Part shown: positions 1-14,605 of the stretch, in pieces
How the letters are laid out: every line of letters begins with the position of its first letter
Position numbering within the stretch: the stretch's first letter is position 1
DNA from: Eledone cirrhosa
Lineage: Eukaryota
NCBI GenBank assembly: GCA_964016885.1
Contig: OZ024741.1
Coordinates: 338,954,001 to 339,018,000, forward strand
Direction of reading: 5' to 3'
DNA length: 64,000 bases
Made by a program: the position numbers and the translations under genes
Notes under the pieces: generated by a model
What the model saw: the letters and a program-made list of their open reading frames with translations, nothing else
Told to the model about the DNA's origin: nothing
The model's database searches: none

Positions 1-1215
1 GGAGTCACAACAAAAAGCACCCAACCCACACTGTAAAGTGGTCATTTAGAAGTCTCAACAAAAAGCACCCAGCACACATTGTAAATGTGGTTGGCATTAA
101 GAAGGGCATCCAGCTGTAGAAATCTAGCCAGAAACAGTTTCATTTGAACAAGACACAGTCACCTACCCAACTTGCCTCAAATGGAACAACCCGTCTAAAT
201 CAAGTTAACATGGAAGGTGGAAGTTAAACAATGATAATGATGATATATATATATATGTATATATATGGGTAAAAAATTTCAAAGTGGGCTGAAATTTTAA
301 TAAAACAATTTAATTACTATTTTTATGTTTTACAAGATGTAATTTTTCACATTTATTTCCTGTATATACTGTACATGATGCTATGATATTGTAAATTTTA
401 AACAAAAATAAGAATCATTAAATGATTGTTTCTACTTTTGGCACAAGGCCAGCAATTTCCCAGTACATTACTGGTACTTTATTTTATCGACCCCGTAAGG
501 ATGAAAGGCAAAGTTGAAACCTCTTTAGTGCTGGTGTCACAATGAAATACATTCAATCCAAGCTGTAAAGTGGTTGGTGATAGGGAGGCATGAAGCCAGA
601 AAAACCTTGCCTAAAATTTTGAAAAGTACAATGTATAAAATTCCCACTAATTGCATATATAGGCCTAGCACTAGTCATGTTAGTGTTGTGCTAACATGGG
701 TAACCTAGCCATGTGTGAGAACCACTCGGTTTCTTTTCAAGTAACTAGCTTCATAAGACACCACGTGGTAGATGACTAATCGTCATCCTTTTGTTCCAGT
801 GGTAGCTGAGCGAAAACAATTGATAATTTTTGGAGTTATGATATTATTATAATATAATCATTATTCACTCAAGAATACATTTAGGTATCCACCATGTTAA
901 GAACGAAAACAAATCATTCTAGTTTTCGGCAAAGCCGGCTGTAAATTCGCTCGGTATGCAAATGAGGCTAATCAGCCATTGTATACATTTGAAAATACTA
1001 TGTATTCTCAGCAGTTCCAGCAGGTAGCAGGGATGAGAGAATACACAATCTTGACAAGGAGCAAAACACTCCAAAACAATGTCGATTGTTTTCTCTCAGC
1101 TACTGCTGGAACAAAAGGATGACAAGATTAGTCATCTACACATATTTGGATTGCAAACAAACCAAATATAATATTATGATATTATCATAATATTATTATT
1201 ATTCACTCACGAATA

Positions 1216-1259
<44 letters not shown>

Positions 1260-1440
1260 CCCAAACTCCCCTATGGTCGAGTTTACCACGAGTGTATTAA
1301 CTGCTTTTTCTAGCAAATACGTTATTCGCTCACTGTCCTCCTTACTACCCTTCTGTGACCACTGTATCATGTGTTTATCTCTCTCCCTGCCTCTCGAGAA
1401 ATTCTCACTTGCTATGAAAGAAACAGTCCTTTTTTCTGGG

Positions 1441-1537
1441 GGGTCTCTTGATAAGCCGTATCAACCTCACAGCGATGATGCACTTTTAAAGTGCAGAATT
1501 CGATTCACACAGATTGGTGAAACTGCAGTCGGGACTT
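1441..1537 (+). ncRNA. Candidate hammerhead with U3-A8 core and extended stem II
   Basis: GGGUCUC UUGAUAA GCCGUAUC...GAUUGGU GAAAC-UGCA-GUC GGGACUU. Confidence 0.5.
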
Positions 1538-1828
1538 TAAAGAAAAAATAGGTATATTTTTGTCTATTATTTCCTCATATTTTGTAATTTGATATATATA
1601 TACACACACACATATATGTGTGTGTGTGGTTTTTATTTTTAGTTTTTATTTTGTATTTTAATTCCTTTACCCCTGTACATTTCATCACCCCTGCATTCTT
1701 GTATTGTCTTAATCTTCTTAATGCTTACTTTGAACAATGTGCCAGCAGACATCAGGCAGATGGGTCAACATGCATGGATATGTGCAACAACTTGACTGTA
1801 TATATATGATGATGATGATGATGTTGAT

Positions 1829-1881
<53 letters not shown>

Positions 1882-1882
<1 letters not shown>

Positions 1883-2875
1883 TCCATTGCACAGATGGTT
1901 CTATATAAATAGTGGACACCCTCCGTTACCTGGGTGACAAAATCAGCAGTGGTGGAGGGTGCTCTGAAAGTACAGTAGCTAGAGTCAGAACGAGATAGAA
2001 AAAGTTCAGAGAGCTTATACCACTATTGGCCGCTAAAGGGTTCTCTCTAAAAATGAAAGGCAGGCTGCATGATGCCTGCATAAGAACAGCAATGTTACAT
2101 GGCAGTGAGACCTGGGCATTGTGTGCAGAGGATATACGCAGACTGGAGAGGAACGAAGCTTGCATGCTCCGCTGGATGTGTAATAGTAATATACGTGAAC
2201 GGAAAAGCATAAACGAACTAAGGGAGAAATTAGGAATAAGAGGGATCAAATCTTGTTTACTCGAGAGAAGACTACGTTGGTATGGTCACGCGATGCGCAT
2301 GAAAGACGACAGCTGTATAAAAAAGTGCAGGGCGATAAAAATAGACGGTAGCCACGGAGTAGGCAGACCCAGAAAAACCTGGGATGACTTGATAAATTCC
2401 GACCTCACACACACCTCTCCAAGACAATGTTACTGGACCGTGATCTTTGGCGCTACACAGTAATACAGAAGACCCGCCTTGCCTAAGTACAAAGCGAAAC
2501 CTACAGTCAGTAGTCACCTCTAACAAAAATACACACCCGTCCCACTATCCCCACCCCATCCACACCACCCCTTTCAATGTAAAGTTATGTTGGTACCATA
2601 ACATCCAGTCCGAAACAAATGAGGTCGTGTAGGTGTCACGACAAAAAAACACACAGTCCACGCTGTAATGTGGCCGTGAAGGTAACACGGTAAAAACCTC
2701 CCAGTTCCACACTGTAAACGTGGTTGGTGTTAGGAAGGGCATCCAGCCGTAGAAAACCGGCCAGACAGTCCTAAGCGAACAAGACAACCAATCTTGCCTC
2801 AAGTGGGAAAATTCCCGTCTAAACCCATGCCAGCGTGGAAGATGGACATTAAACGATGATGATGATGATGATGAT
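1882..2875 (+). mobile_element. RTE-clade LINE, 5'-truncated 3' fragment (family 1)
   Basis: RYLGDKISSGGGC, KGRLHDACIRTAMLHGSETW, RRLRWYGH, GRPRKTW, followed by the 3'UTR and (GAT)n tail. Confidence 0.9.
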
Positions 2876-3070
2876 ATATATATTGTTATACTTGGGGAGG
2901 GTCATATTATTGTAATAATATTGCCAGAAATAATAACAGAACACACTCACTGTTTGGTTGGTTTTCGCTTCTGTATCTTTTATATTTCCATAGTTAATTC
3001 ATTTGGCAATCAGTGTATATCATTGACTGACCAACGGTTAAAAATACAGATATAAATAAATATATATATT

Positions 3071-3121
3071 GTCTAACCACTGATGATGCTGCAGATGTGC
3101 AATGAAAGAACTTTGTTAGAC
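3071..3121 (+). ncRNA. Candidate hammerhead; second copy at 37051-37100
   Basis: CUGAUGA..UGCA-GAUG-UGCA..GAAAG-AA-CUU; the second copy has UCGCA-GAUG-UGCGA (compensatory change). Confidence 0.55.
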
Positions 3122-3491
3122 TATATATATATATATATTTATATCTGTATTTTCATAAATCATCATCATCATCATCGTTTAACGTCCATCTTCCACACTG
3201 GCATGGGTTAGACAGGAGTTGTCCCACTTCAAGCAAGGTTGGTTGGGTGACCGTGTCTTGCTCATATAGGACTATCTGGCAGGTTTTCTATGGCTTGATG
3301 CCCTTCCTAACACCAACCACATTTATAGTGTGGAACTGGTAACTTTTTACCATGTTACCTACACGACCACATTACAGCGTATAGAAAACATTTCTATATT
3401 AAATATTTATAGTCTGCTATGTATTGAGTACCTTATTTACTGTGGTTACTCCCGATTGAACCCGGGATAAAATTATATATATATATATATA

Positions 3492-4088
3492 CTAGCTGAG
3501 CTACCCGGTGATTCCCGGGTATTTTATTAAAGTTACAATATTTGACCATTGAAATATGATTGCTGAATTTTAACTAAAGTAGGAATTATAGCAGAATATT
3601 TATTGGTGTTTGTTTAAGGCAAATCATCTAGATAAAAATATTATTAGTTTTGTCCAGTGGTGATTTTTTAAATACTGCTCCCTATTACAGTCAGCATATA
3701 TAATGCTTTGCACTTGGAAGAATCATTAGGTATGCTGTCAGTGAAAAGGGCATGACCCCAAAAAATAAATTTAGATTTTATTTATCATTTTTTTTCTGCA
3801 CAATCAGAACCTCTGAAATTCAAACAAAATGTGAAGGCTATTTTAAAAAAGCATAAATAAAATAAAATAAAAAATAAATTTACCATTGGTTTATGAATGA
3901 AGAATTTACTTACTCATTTCTGTAATTCAGGAAAGTTTATTTAAATGTGGTAAATATATACATATACACCAGGAACCAAACTCCCAGTCACTGCTTCCAT
4001 CTCTTCTGATCTCTCCATCACTCATTATTATGAGCAAATGGGGGCCCACGCACTGGCCGCCCAGCAGCCCAGGCGGTTGTTTACTTCA
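3492..4088 (-). mobile_element. Non-autonomous Helitron (3' terminus clear, 5' end approximate)
   Basis: Minus strand ends with hairpin ACCCGG-GAATCA-CCGGGT, then AGCTCAG-CTAG|T; faint KTNNIFY-like helicase C-terminal remnant. Confidence 0.6.
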
Positions 4089-4154
4089 TATATATATACA
4101 TACATGAGACAGTAGACTGGGATATATATGTCTCTAACTTAAGTACGGTGATAA

Positions 4155-4243
<89 letters not shown>

Positions 4244-4317
4244 CGTCTAACCCATGCTAGCGTGGAAAATGGACGTTAAACGAAGATGATGATGATGATA
4301 TATATATATATATATAT

Positions 4318-7263
4318 ACATTGTGACGGCTATGACGGAATCAACGGAGGCTATGGGTTTGGTACTAGAAATGAGGAAGGCTCCAGAATCCTGGAATTCT
4401 GTGATGCAAACTACCTAACTATCTGTAACACTAACTTCAAAAAACGAGACAATCACTTGATCACCTACAGATCAGGGGAACATACCAGCCAGGTAGATTA
4501 TATCCTTACCAGAAGATGTGACAGAGTGTCTGTTGTAAACACTAAATCCCTCCCCCATGAAGAATGCACCTCCCAACATAGACTGATAATTAGCGACCTC
4601 ATAGTCAGGACGAGACGTACTCGACAACAGAAGAGGACTATCCTCAGGAGAAAAATATGGAAGCTAAAGGACCCCACAGCCAGTAATAAATTTCAAAGCA
4701 TATTACTTGATGCTTTCGACAGTAAGGAAGAGCAATTAGAGTCGTACAAGGTAGAGGAACAGTGGGAATTCCTGAAAGCAAACCTGCTGATGGCGGCAGA
4801 CGAAGTCTGTGGCTGGAGCAGGCCTATAGGCAGGAGGAGAGTAACGTGGTGGTGGAACAGTAAGGTGGAGGAGTCAATTAAGGCCAAAAAGCAGGCTTGA
4901 AAGTATGGCGGGATGGGGGAAGTAGAGAAGACTATCAAGTGGCCAGGAGGGAAGCTAGGAGACAAGTGTACTTCGCGAGAAGGGAAGCAAAGGAAAGAAA
5001 GTTCAAGCATGTTCTACAACACGAGGACCAAAAACGTGAGGTGTTCAGGATTGCTAGGCAATGTGTCAAGGAAAACCATGATATTGTCGGGGAGAAGTGT
5101 GTCCTTAATGATGATAGTGTACTTACCATCACTGATGCTGATAAGAAGGTAGCTTGGAAGTGTCACTACGAAAGGCTACTAAATGAGGAGAATAAATGGG
5201 AGAAAGACAGTCTTCCCCACATCGATCCAATAGAGGGACCAGCAGTGTTAGTCGAAGGTAGTATAATAAGTAAGGCAATCAAAGATATGAAGACGGGTAA
5301 GGCGGCTGGGCCTTCGGAAATAGTTGCTGAAATGCTGAAAGCTTCTGGAACGGTGGGACACACCATGGTCACCCGGATAGTAAACCAAGTCATACAGAAT
5401 GGGGTTGTTCCAAAGGACTGGGGTAGCAGCATCATCATTAACTGCTACAAGGGTAAAGGAGATGCCCTAGATAGGAGTAACTATAGAGGCATTAAATTAA
5501 TCGACCAGGTCATGAAGGTCACAGAAAAAGTAATAGCGCAACTAATCAGAGAGACAATTGATCTTGATGAAATGCAGTTCGGGTTTGTGTCAGGTAAAAG
5601 TACCACAGACGCTCTTTTCATTGTACGACAACTACAGAAGTACCTAGCTAAAAGTAAACCCCTATACTTAGCTTTTGTCGACTTGGAGAAAGCCTTCGAC
5701 AGAGTCCTCCGTTCCATTATCTGGTGGGCTCTTAGAAAACTAGGTGTTGATGAATGGCTTGTGAGAGCTATGTATAAAGAAACAGTCAGCAAGGTTAGAA
5801 TTAACAACGAATATAGTGAAGAGTTTAGCGTAAAAGTTGGTGTTCATCAGGGCTCCGTTCTTAGCCCCCTACTATTTATTATTGCCCTTCAGGCTATAAC
5901 AGTGGAGTTCAAGACCGGCTGCCCATGGGAACTCCTATACGCAGATGATCTAACGCTCATAGCTGAATCAATGGCCGAACTAGAGAAGAAATTCCAAACA
6001 TGGAAGCATGGCCTAGAATCAAAAGGCCTTAAAATTAACCTGTCTAAGACTAAAGTTCTAGTTTGTAGGAAGGAAAATAGGGCACCGGTCTCATCCGGGA
6101 AATAGCCATGCTCAGTGTGTAGGAAAGGAGTAGGCAGAAACTCCATTTTATGTCCCAAATGGAAAGTATGGGTGCATAAAAGATGTAGTGGGATCACAGG
6201 TAAGCTAACTAAGAACATAGATTTTATATGTGGCCGGTGCTCTGGTGCAATAAGTAGCAGCAAGTGCCCACAAAATACTAGCTCATTCCATTGCACAGAT
6301 GGTTCTGAAGAAATAGTGGACACCTTCCGTTACTTGAGTGACAAAATCAGCAGTGGTGGAAGGTGCTCTGAAAGTACAGTAGCTAGAGTCAGAACGGGAT
6401 GGAAAAAGTTCAGAGAGCTTATACCACTATTAGCCGCTAAAGGGTTCTCTCTATAAATGAAAGGCAGGCTGTATGATGCCTGCATACGAACAGCAATGCT
6501 ACATGGAAGTGAGACCTGGGCATTGTGTGCAGAGGATATACGCAAACTGGAGAGGAACGAAGCTTGCATGCTCCGCTGGATGTGTAATAGTAATATACGT
6601 GAACGGAAAAGCATAAATTAACTAAGGGAAAAATTAGAAATAAGAGGGATCAGATGTTGTTTACTCAAGAGAAGACTACGTTGGTATGCTCACGTGATGC
6701 GCTGAAAGACGACAGCTGTATAAAAAAGTGCAGGGCAATAAAAATAGATGGTAGCCACGGAGTAGGCAGACCCAGAAAAACCTGGGTCGACTTGATAAAT
6801 TCCGACCTCACACACTTACACCTCTCTAAGACAATGTCACTGGACCGAGATCTTTGGCGCTACACAGTAATACAGAAGACCCTTACCTAAGTACAAAGTG
6901 AAACCTACTACAGTCAGTAGGCACCTCTAACAAAATACACCCCCGTCCAACTACCCCCACCCCATCCACACCACCCCTTTCAATGTAAAGTTATGTTGGT
7001 ACCACAACATCCAGTCCGAAACAAATGAGGTCGTATAGGTGTCACGCTGTAATGTGGCCATGTAGGTAACACGGTAAAAACCTCCCAGTCCACACTGTAA
7101 ATGTGGTTGGTGTTAGGAAGGGCACCCAGCCGTAGAAAACCGGCCAGACAGTCCTATACGAGCGAGACGACCAATCTTGCCTCAAGTGGGACAATTCCCA
7201 TCTAAACCTATGCTAGCGTGGAAGATGGACATTAAACGATGATGATGATGATGATGATGATGA
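4318..7263 (+). mobile_element. RTE-clade LINE (family 1), 5'-truncated, with stops; end of APE, RT, Cys-rich finger
   Basis: SQVDYILT, KAAGPSEI, NYRGIKL, QFGF, FVDLEKAFDRV, GVHQGSVLSPLLF, LYADD; (GAT)n tail. Confidence 0.95.
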
Positions 7264-7586
7264 TATATTTCCATTCTTTTTGAGCCTGTAACTCCTGATG
7301 CAGTTGTAGAGATACCATATCACAAGAGCTCAGCTGTCGGGCTCCAACTCTTTATAATATATATATATATATATATATAACGAAGGAGGTGTGGTAAGGA
7401 ACCAGATGGACCATAACGCACCAGAGTACTCAATACTTAGGGTAGTAGAGTGGGTAATAGGAGGAAGTAAGACCCTAACGACAGAGCTCAAGCCGTTTCG
7501 ATGGCTATTTCTGGACCATGTCTGTCTGAATAAATCATATTTATGTATATATATGTATATATATGTATATATATATAAAAATATAC

Positions 7587-7654
<68 letters not shown>

Positions 7655-8139
7655 GTATGTATATATATACATATATATATACATATATATATATAAATAC
7701 GATTTATTCATACAGACACAGACGTACACACACTTGCACTCCTTTACTCGTGTACAGAAGTTATTTTCTTCTACCAATTCCATTAGTGTTCACACCAACT
7801 TAACATTTACATGCAAACTTCATTTGGTGACAATGCTATAGTGTTTGGGTGTCAACATCTGACTAGATTCAAATATATTATATATATTAAGATATATATG
7901 TATATATATACATATACATATACATACGTACATCTATATATATATATATATATATATACATACACATGCATATATACATAGATACATATATATATATATG
8001 TTACATGTGTATGTATATATATATATCTATATATATCTCTCTCTCTATATATATATATATATACATACACATGTATGTATATATATGCCACACCTCATTA
8101 CTATTGGTCAGGTACTGTAATTAACATTACATACATACA

Positions 8140-8208
<69 letters not shown>

Positions 8209-8220
8209 TTAATATAGATG

Positions 8221-8271
8221 AGATTCTACAGGACTAGAACTGTTTCATTCATAAGAAATCATCAGGAATCT
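8221..8271 (-). ncRNA. Type-I hammerhead ribozyme
   Basis: AGAUUC CUGAUGA UUUC-UUAU-GAAU GAAACAG-UUCUAGUC-CUGUA GAAUCU. Confidence 0.75.
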
Positions 8272-8416
8272 GGGTATCAAAAAATAAATATGGTATTTAT
8301 AGGTCTCTACAAGTGGTAGGAGAGGGTGGGGAGTGGGATGGGTGCAGGTCATTGGTTGATAGAGAAGGGAATTACCTTACTTACTGTGGTTACCTCCGAT
8401 TCAACCCGGAATAACG

Positions 8417-8448
<32 letters not shown>

Positions 8449-9180
8449 TACACACATATATATATATATATACACATACACACACACATATATATATATG
8501 TACATCTTGGTCAATATTCCTTCACTTAGCTTATATTACCACCTTTTTAGGCTGTACACTTTCCACTCCTTAAAATGTCATAATTGAATCACAGTACATG
8601 GTAGTGTTGGCAGTTGTAGTGATGGTGGTGGTGGTGTTGGTGGTTGTGAGAGGTTTGGGTCTGCTGGTGCTGGTATTGGTGGTTGTGGGGGTTGTGGGGG
8701 TTTGGGTGGTGGTCATGCTGGTGTTGGTTCTGCCTCTGAATCACATTGAGTGTCTCTCTTTCTCACACTCACACAAATCCTTTCATTGACCCTACCTTTA
8801 ATAATGCTAGTGTATATTTCTTTATATTGTCTGGCAAACCCTTGCAATATATTCATGCATATACATATATATATTCCTGTAAGAATATATATATGCCCAC
8901 CTACATATATTCTTACAGGAAAATATGTTAGGCTTCTACATAAACTGGAAACATTCTCCCAACTTGTAGAAAATTTATAATGAAACAATTGTTTGGAAAG
9001 AGAGATATATTTTAATTTTAATTATATCTCATATAAAATAATACAACTGGCTTTCCACAAAATACATATAGTTAGCACCCCAAACACAAAATTGGGATTA
9101 TACTAACGTATATCCTAATGTTTGTTGAGTGAGATGGTTACCAGTCGGAGTTTAGCTTAAAGCTTTCTCTGTTATTGTAT

Positions 9181-9261
<81 letters not shown>

Positions 9262-9410
9262 GAAACGTTAAGATCCTCTTCCTGCTATTTCAAGTGTTAA
9301 CCTAATATATTCCTTCCATATACTGTACCGATTGTGTTGTTATTTCTATTTCTGTTTACCTTTTACATATATATATATATAGTTATGTAATAAACAACAT
9401 AAGGCAATTA

Positions 9411-9471
9411 TTTCATTTACCAGAGGTTTCTTAAAAGCAAACAAATTTTGCTTTCAATCATCAGAATGAAA
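9411..9471 (-). ncRNA. Type-I hammerhead ribozyme
   Basis: UUUCAUU CUGAUGA UUGAAAGCAAA-AUUUG-UUUGCUUUUAA GAAACC-UCU-GGUA AAUGAAA. Confidence 0.8.
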
Positions 9472-9556
9472 AAATCCTGGTGTTCATTCATACATATATA
9501 TATATATATATATGTGTATATATGTATATATATATATATACACACACATATATATA

Positions 9557-9859
9557 TATATCAACTAGAAATTGATTGACATATATATATATATAAAATA
9601 AACATATGAAACAATCACAGGGAATAATTTGTAAAGTGTGTAAGCACACACAGCTAGGTAGGTAACTAATTAAAGTTTAACTAGAACTTCAAATATAGAT
9701 ACCATTTTAAAAGGTATCTATATTTGAAGTTCTAGTTAAACTTTAATTAGTTACCTACCTAGCTGTGTGTGCTTACACACTTTACAAATTATTCCCTGTG
9801 ATTGTTTCATATGTTTATTTTATATATATATATATGTCAATCAATTTTTAGTTGATATA
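9557..9859. repeat. About 300-bp near-perfect palindrome
   Basis: Arms fold about ACC-A-TTTT|AAAA-GGT; one bulge and one mismatch seen. Confidence 0.95.
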
Positions 9860-9972
9860 AAATGCTCGGATCTATTCATTGGAATCTTTGAGCATATTCT
9901 GCAGTGGATATGGCGCATGTCTCTCAGACATGACACCCTTAATTTAATTTTAGATATCATCTCAGCATCTCA

Positions 9973-11715
<1,743 letters not shown>

Positions 11716-11736
11716 TATACATCCATACATATATAC

Positions 11737-12052
11737 CAGTGATTCCCAACGTGGACCAATTCCCACAGGGGTCAATTTGAATATTTAAGTGGGGCAATTT
11801 GAAAATGATATCAATGAGAGCAAACTTCAGGTTTTACCCTATTACTTTACACCAAGGCAACTTTGGAACAAATTACTGTCGGAAACTCCTATCTCACCTC
11901 CTCCTCACATGTTATTGTGCATCTGGCATCACCCATATGAGAATTTGTTCAGACTTTGTAGTTGATCATCGCTGTTTTTATGTCAAAGTTGGGCATAAAA
12001 ATATTTGAGATGTTGAGGTGGGGCTTGGGGCACAAAAGGTTGGGAACCACTG
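11737..12052. mobile_element. hAT-type MITE
   Basis: TIRs CAGTGATTCCCAAC / GTTGGGAACCACTG; 8-bp TSD ATATATAC/AGATATAC. Confidence 0.8.
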
Positions 12053-12197
12053 AGATATACCATGTTTCCCTTAGGACATATTTTTGCAAGAAAAATTAAT
12101 ATAAAATGCAAACTTCCAATGTCTTGCTGATTACTAATATAATAAATTCTTTTAATGATATTGTTTTTAACTCTATAATATAATTGGACATCAGTAT

Positions 12198-12380
12198 AAT
12201 TGTTTCTACTTTTGGCACAAGGCCAGCAATTACCTAGTAGATTACTGGTACTTTATTTTATCGACCCCGTAAGGATGAAAGGTAAAGTTAACCTCGGCGG
12301 GATTTGAACTCAGAATGGCAAGGGCCGTAACTCTATGCGTCAAAGCATGGCGTCCGACCCTCTACCGATACTGCCAACAG
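12198..12380 (-). mobile_element. SINE family A
   Basis: Matches 36128-36317. Further partial copies at about 424-516 (-) and 19965-20068 (+). Confidence 0.85.
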
Positions 12381-13087
12381 TATATTGATACTTTTATCAA
12401 AACCCTTGTGCTGTTATTTTTTGTGTAAAATTATAAGCTCTACCTTGAAAATAATTCCTAGTGTCTCTTTTGGAGGAAATAATAATATAAGTTTCTGGGA
12501 TTCACCTTTCATCAGTACAGCTCACTGTTCACCTGCCAACTGTCAGAGCTAGTGAAAATATATGCTATTTTTGAAAATATACAGTGACGGATCGGCCTGA
12601 TTTGCATATTAGCAGACTTGCTGATCAGTCAGATCTGCATATTAGCAGATCCACGGATCAGCCAGATTTGCATATTAGCAGACTGGCCAGTCAGTTTGTT
12701 GTATACAAGCAATCAATGGCTGGCTTTGCCATTCAAATAAAAAAATTTTTTTTCACTCTACATGACTGCAGTTCTTTTTACATGCCAACATAAGAGCAAG
12801 AATGAGGGGCTCATTCTACTGACATGGCTTTAAAAATGAGGCTTGTTTGCATAATTGCAAACGAATTGAATATTATTATTAATATTCGAAAAACTCAGAT
12901 TACATTTATTATATTCAGTCATGTAGAGTAAACAAATTTTTTTTTATATATAGATAGATATATATTTAATATAAGTACAGATTAGAATTAGAATTTAAGC
13001 AAAGAATCATTGCTTTCACCCTTTTATGGGATCTTATATATAAATATAATCCTTATCGAGCCCTCTTCAGATTTTAGTCTTCACATT

Positions 13088-13125
<38 letters not shown>

Positions 13126-13529
13126 TCATCATCATCATCATCAATTAACGTCTATCTTCCACGTTAGCATGGGTTAGACAGGTCCTATTTTAAGGCAAGT
13201 TGTGTCAGGTGACCATATATATATATATTTATAACTACTAATATAATAGTCATTGTGTATTTGTCTGTCTCACACTAGAGATGACTGAGGAAGCAACGTC
13301 TACCATTCGATACGTCTGTTATGATTATGTGAGTTTTTGTGTATGTGTATATATGTGTTTGTGTAAATTATATTTACAAACAAACACACATTTACACATA
13401 CATATTTATAAGTAGACACATTTAGAAAAAAATAATTATTACATACACATACATCTATGTGATGATTGAGGAAGCAGGGGTGTTCAGAAACTATAGAAGT
13501 CCAGTGTTCTAAGATTCGTCACACGTGTG

Positions 13530-14490
13530 TGTGTGTATGTTTAGTGAATTGGCTACACGCATTGGCTGTGTGTTTGTGTGTTTGTATCACTTGTGTGAGT
13601 GAGCACGAAGGAACCAACCAACCAACAAACAAACAAACAAACAAACATCTCTTTTTTATATTATGTATAGATATTACATTTTTGATGGCATGGGGCCATA
13701 TATTTAGGGATGGTCATTTTGCCAATTTTGTCAATAAAAGCACACACTATTTGATTTTCACTTCAGCTTTATTATTAGTTATTAATTAGTTAATCAAAGC
13801 TCTTTCGTCACACATACGGTGTCCTCCTCAATGACTATTTGTTCTTCTTCTCTAAATCTCCTCCTCCTTTTGGTCTTATTCTGTTTACTCCATCTTGTCT
13901 TTCTGTGGCATGTTTTCTTAACTGTACCTGTCTTTGCATCTGTGCCTGTGTGTGCGTCTATGTATTTCGCATGTGCATGTGTGAGTTTGCATATTTCTCT
14001 GTTTGTGTCTGCCCATGGATTTTCCCCTATGTGTCCTATTCTGTCTTCAGTTGTTAAGTTGTGGGGTGGGAGTGTTAATATTCCATTCATGTTTTCTGTT
14101 GAGCCTCGGTCTACTTTCTATTATATATGTGGCCTCTGAAATTTGTCTAAATGTTGTGTTGGTTCTATGTGCGGATAGGATCTTAACTTCTACATTATCT
14201 ATCAAGCCCCTATGTTCTAGCTTGGCATGTTGGTATAGCACTGATGAACTTTTCTCTTTAAGTTCTTGCCAGTGTTCTATAATCCTCTCTCTATAATCCT
14301 CTCTATATGTTGTTGTCATGTTTCTGAACCAACCCTCTATGTCTATACCACTATATTAATGTCACAAACAGAGTAGTACTTGGTTAGGGCTATAGAGTTC
14401 TCTAGTAAGCATTCTTTGGGTCTCCTCTCCCAACATACCATAAACAGGTTGGATATTTCACCAGCAATGCTGACACTAATGACTGCCCCT
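13530..14490 (-). mobile_element. Penelope-like element 3' part (GIY-YIG C-terminus and hammerhead)
   Basis: ERIIEH...SVLYQHAKLEH...RQISEATYI...PRLNRKHEW; downstream hammerhead motif at 13791-13837. Confidence 0.75.
13791..13837 (-). ncRNA. Degenerate hammerhead at the 3' end of a Penelope-like element
   Basis: UAGUCA UUGAGGA GGACAC-CGUAU-GUGUGAC GAAAG-AG-CUU UGAUUA. Confidence 0.55.
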
Positions 14491-14496
14491 ATTTCC

Positions 14497-14528
<32 letters not shown>

Positions 14529-14567
14529 CGAGCTGAAGATCCGCTTATGGTGAAACATTTGTTCTCG
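14529..14567 (+). ncRNA. Minimal type-I hammerhead ribozyme (same family as 56940)
   Basis: CGAG CUGAAGA UCC-GCUUAU-GGU GAAAC-AUUU-GUU CUCG. Confidence 0.75.
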
Positions 14568-14605
14568 GTATGGTTAACTAACTGTTGTGGAACTACTTAT
14601 ATTCA

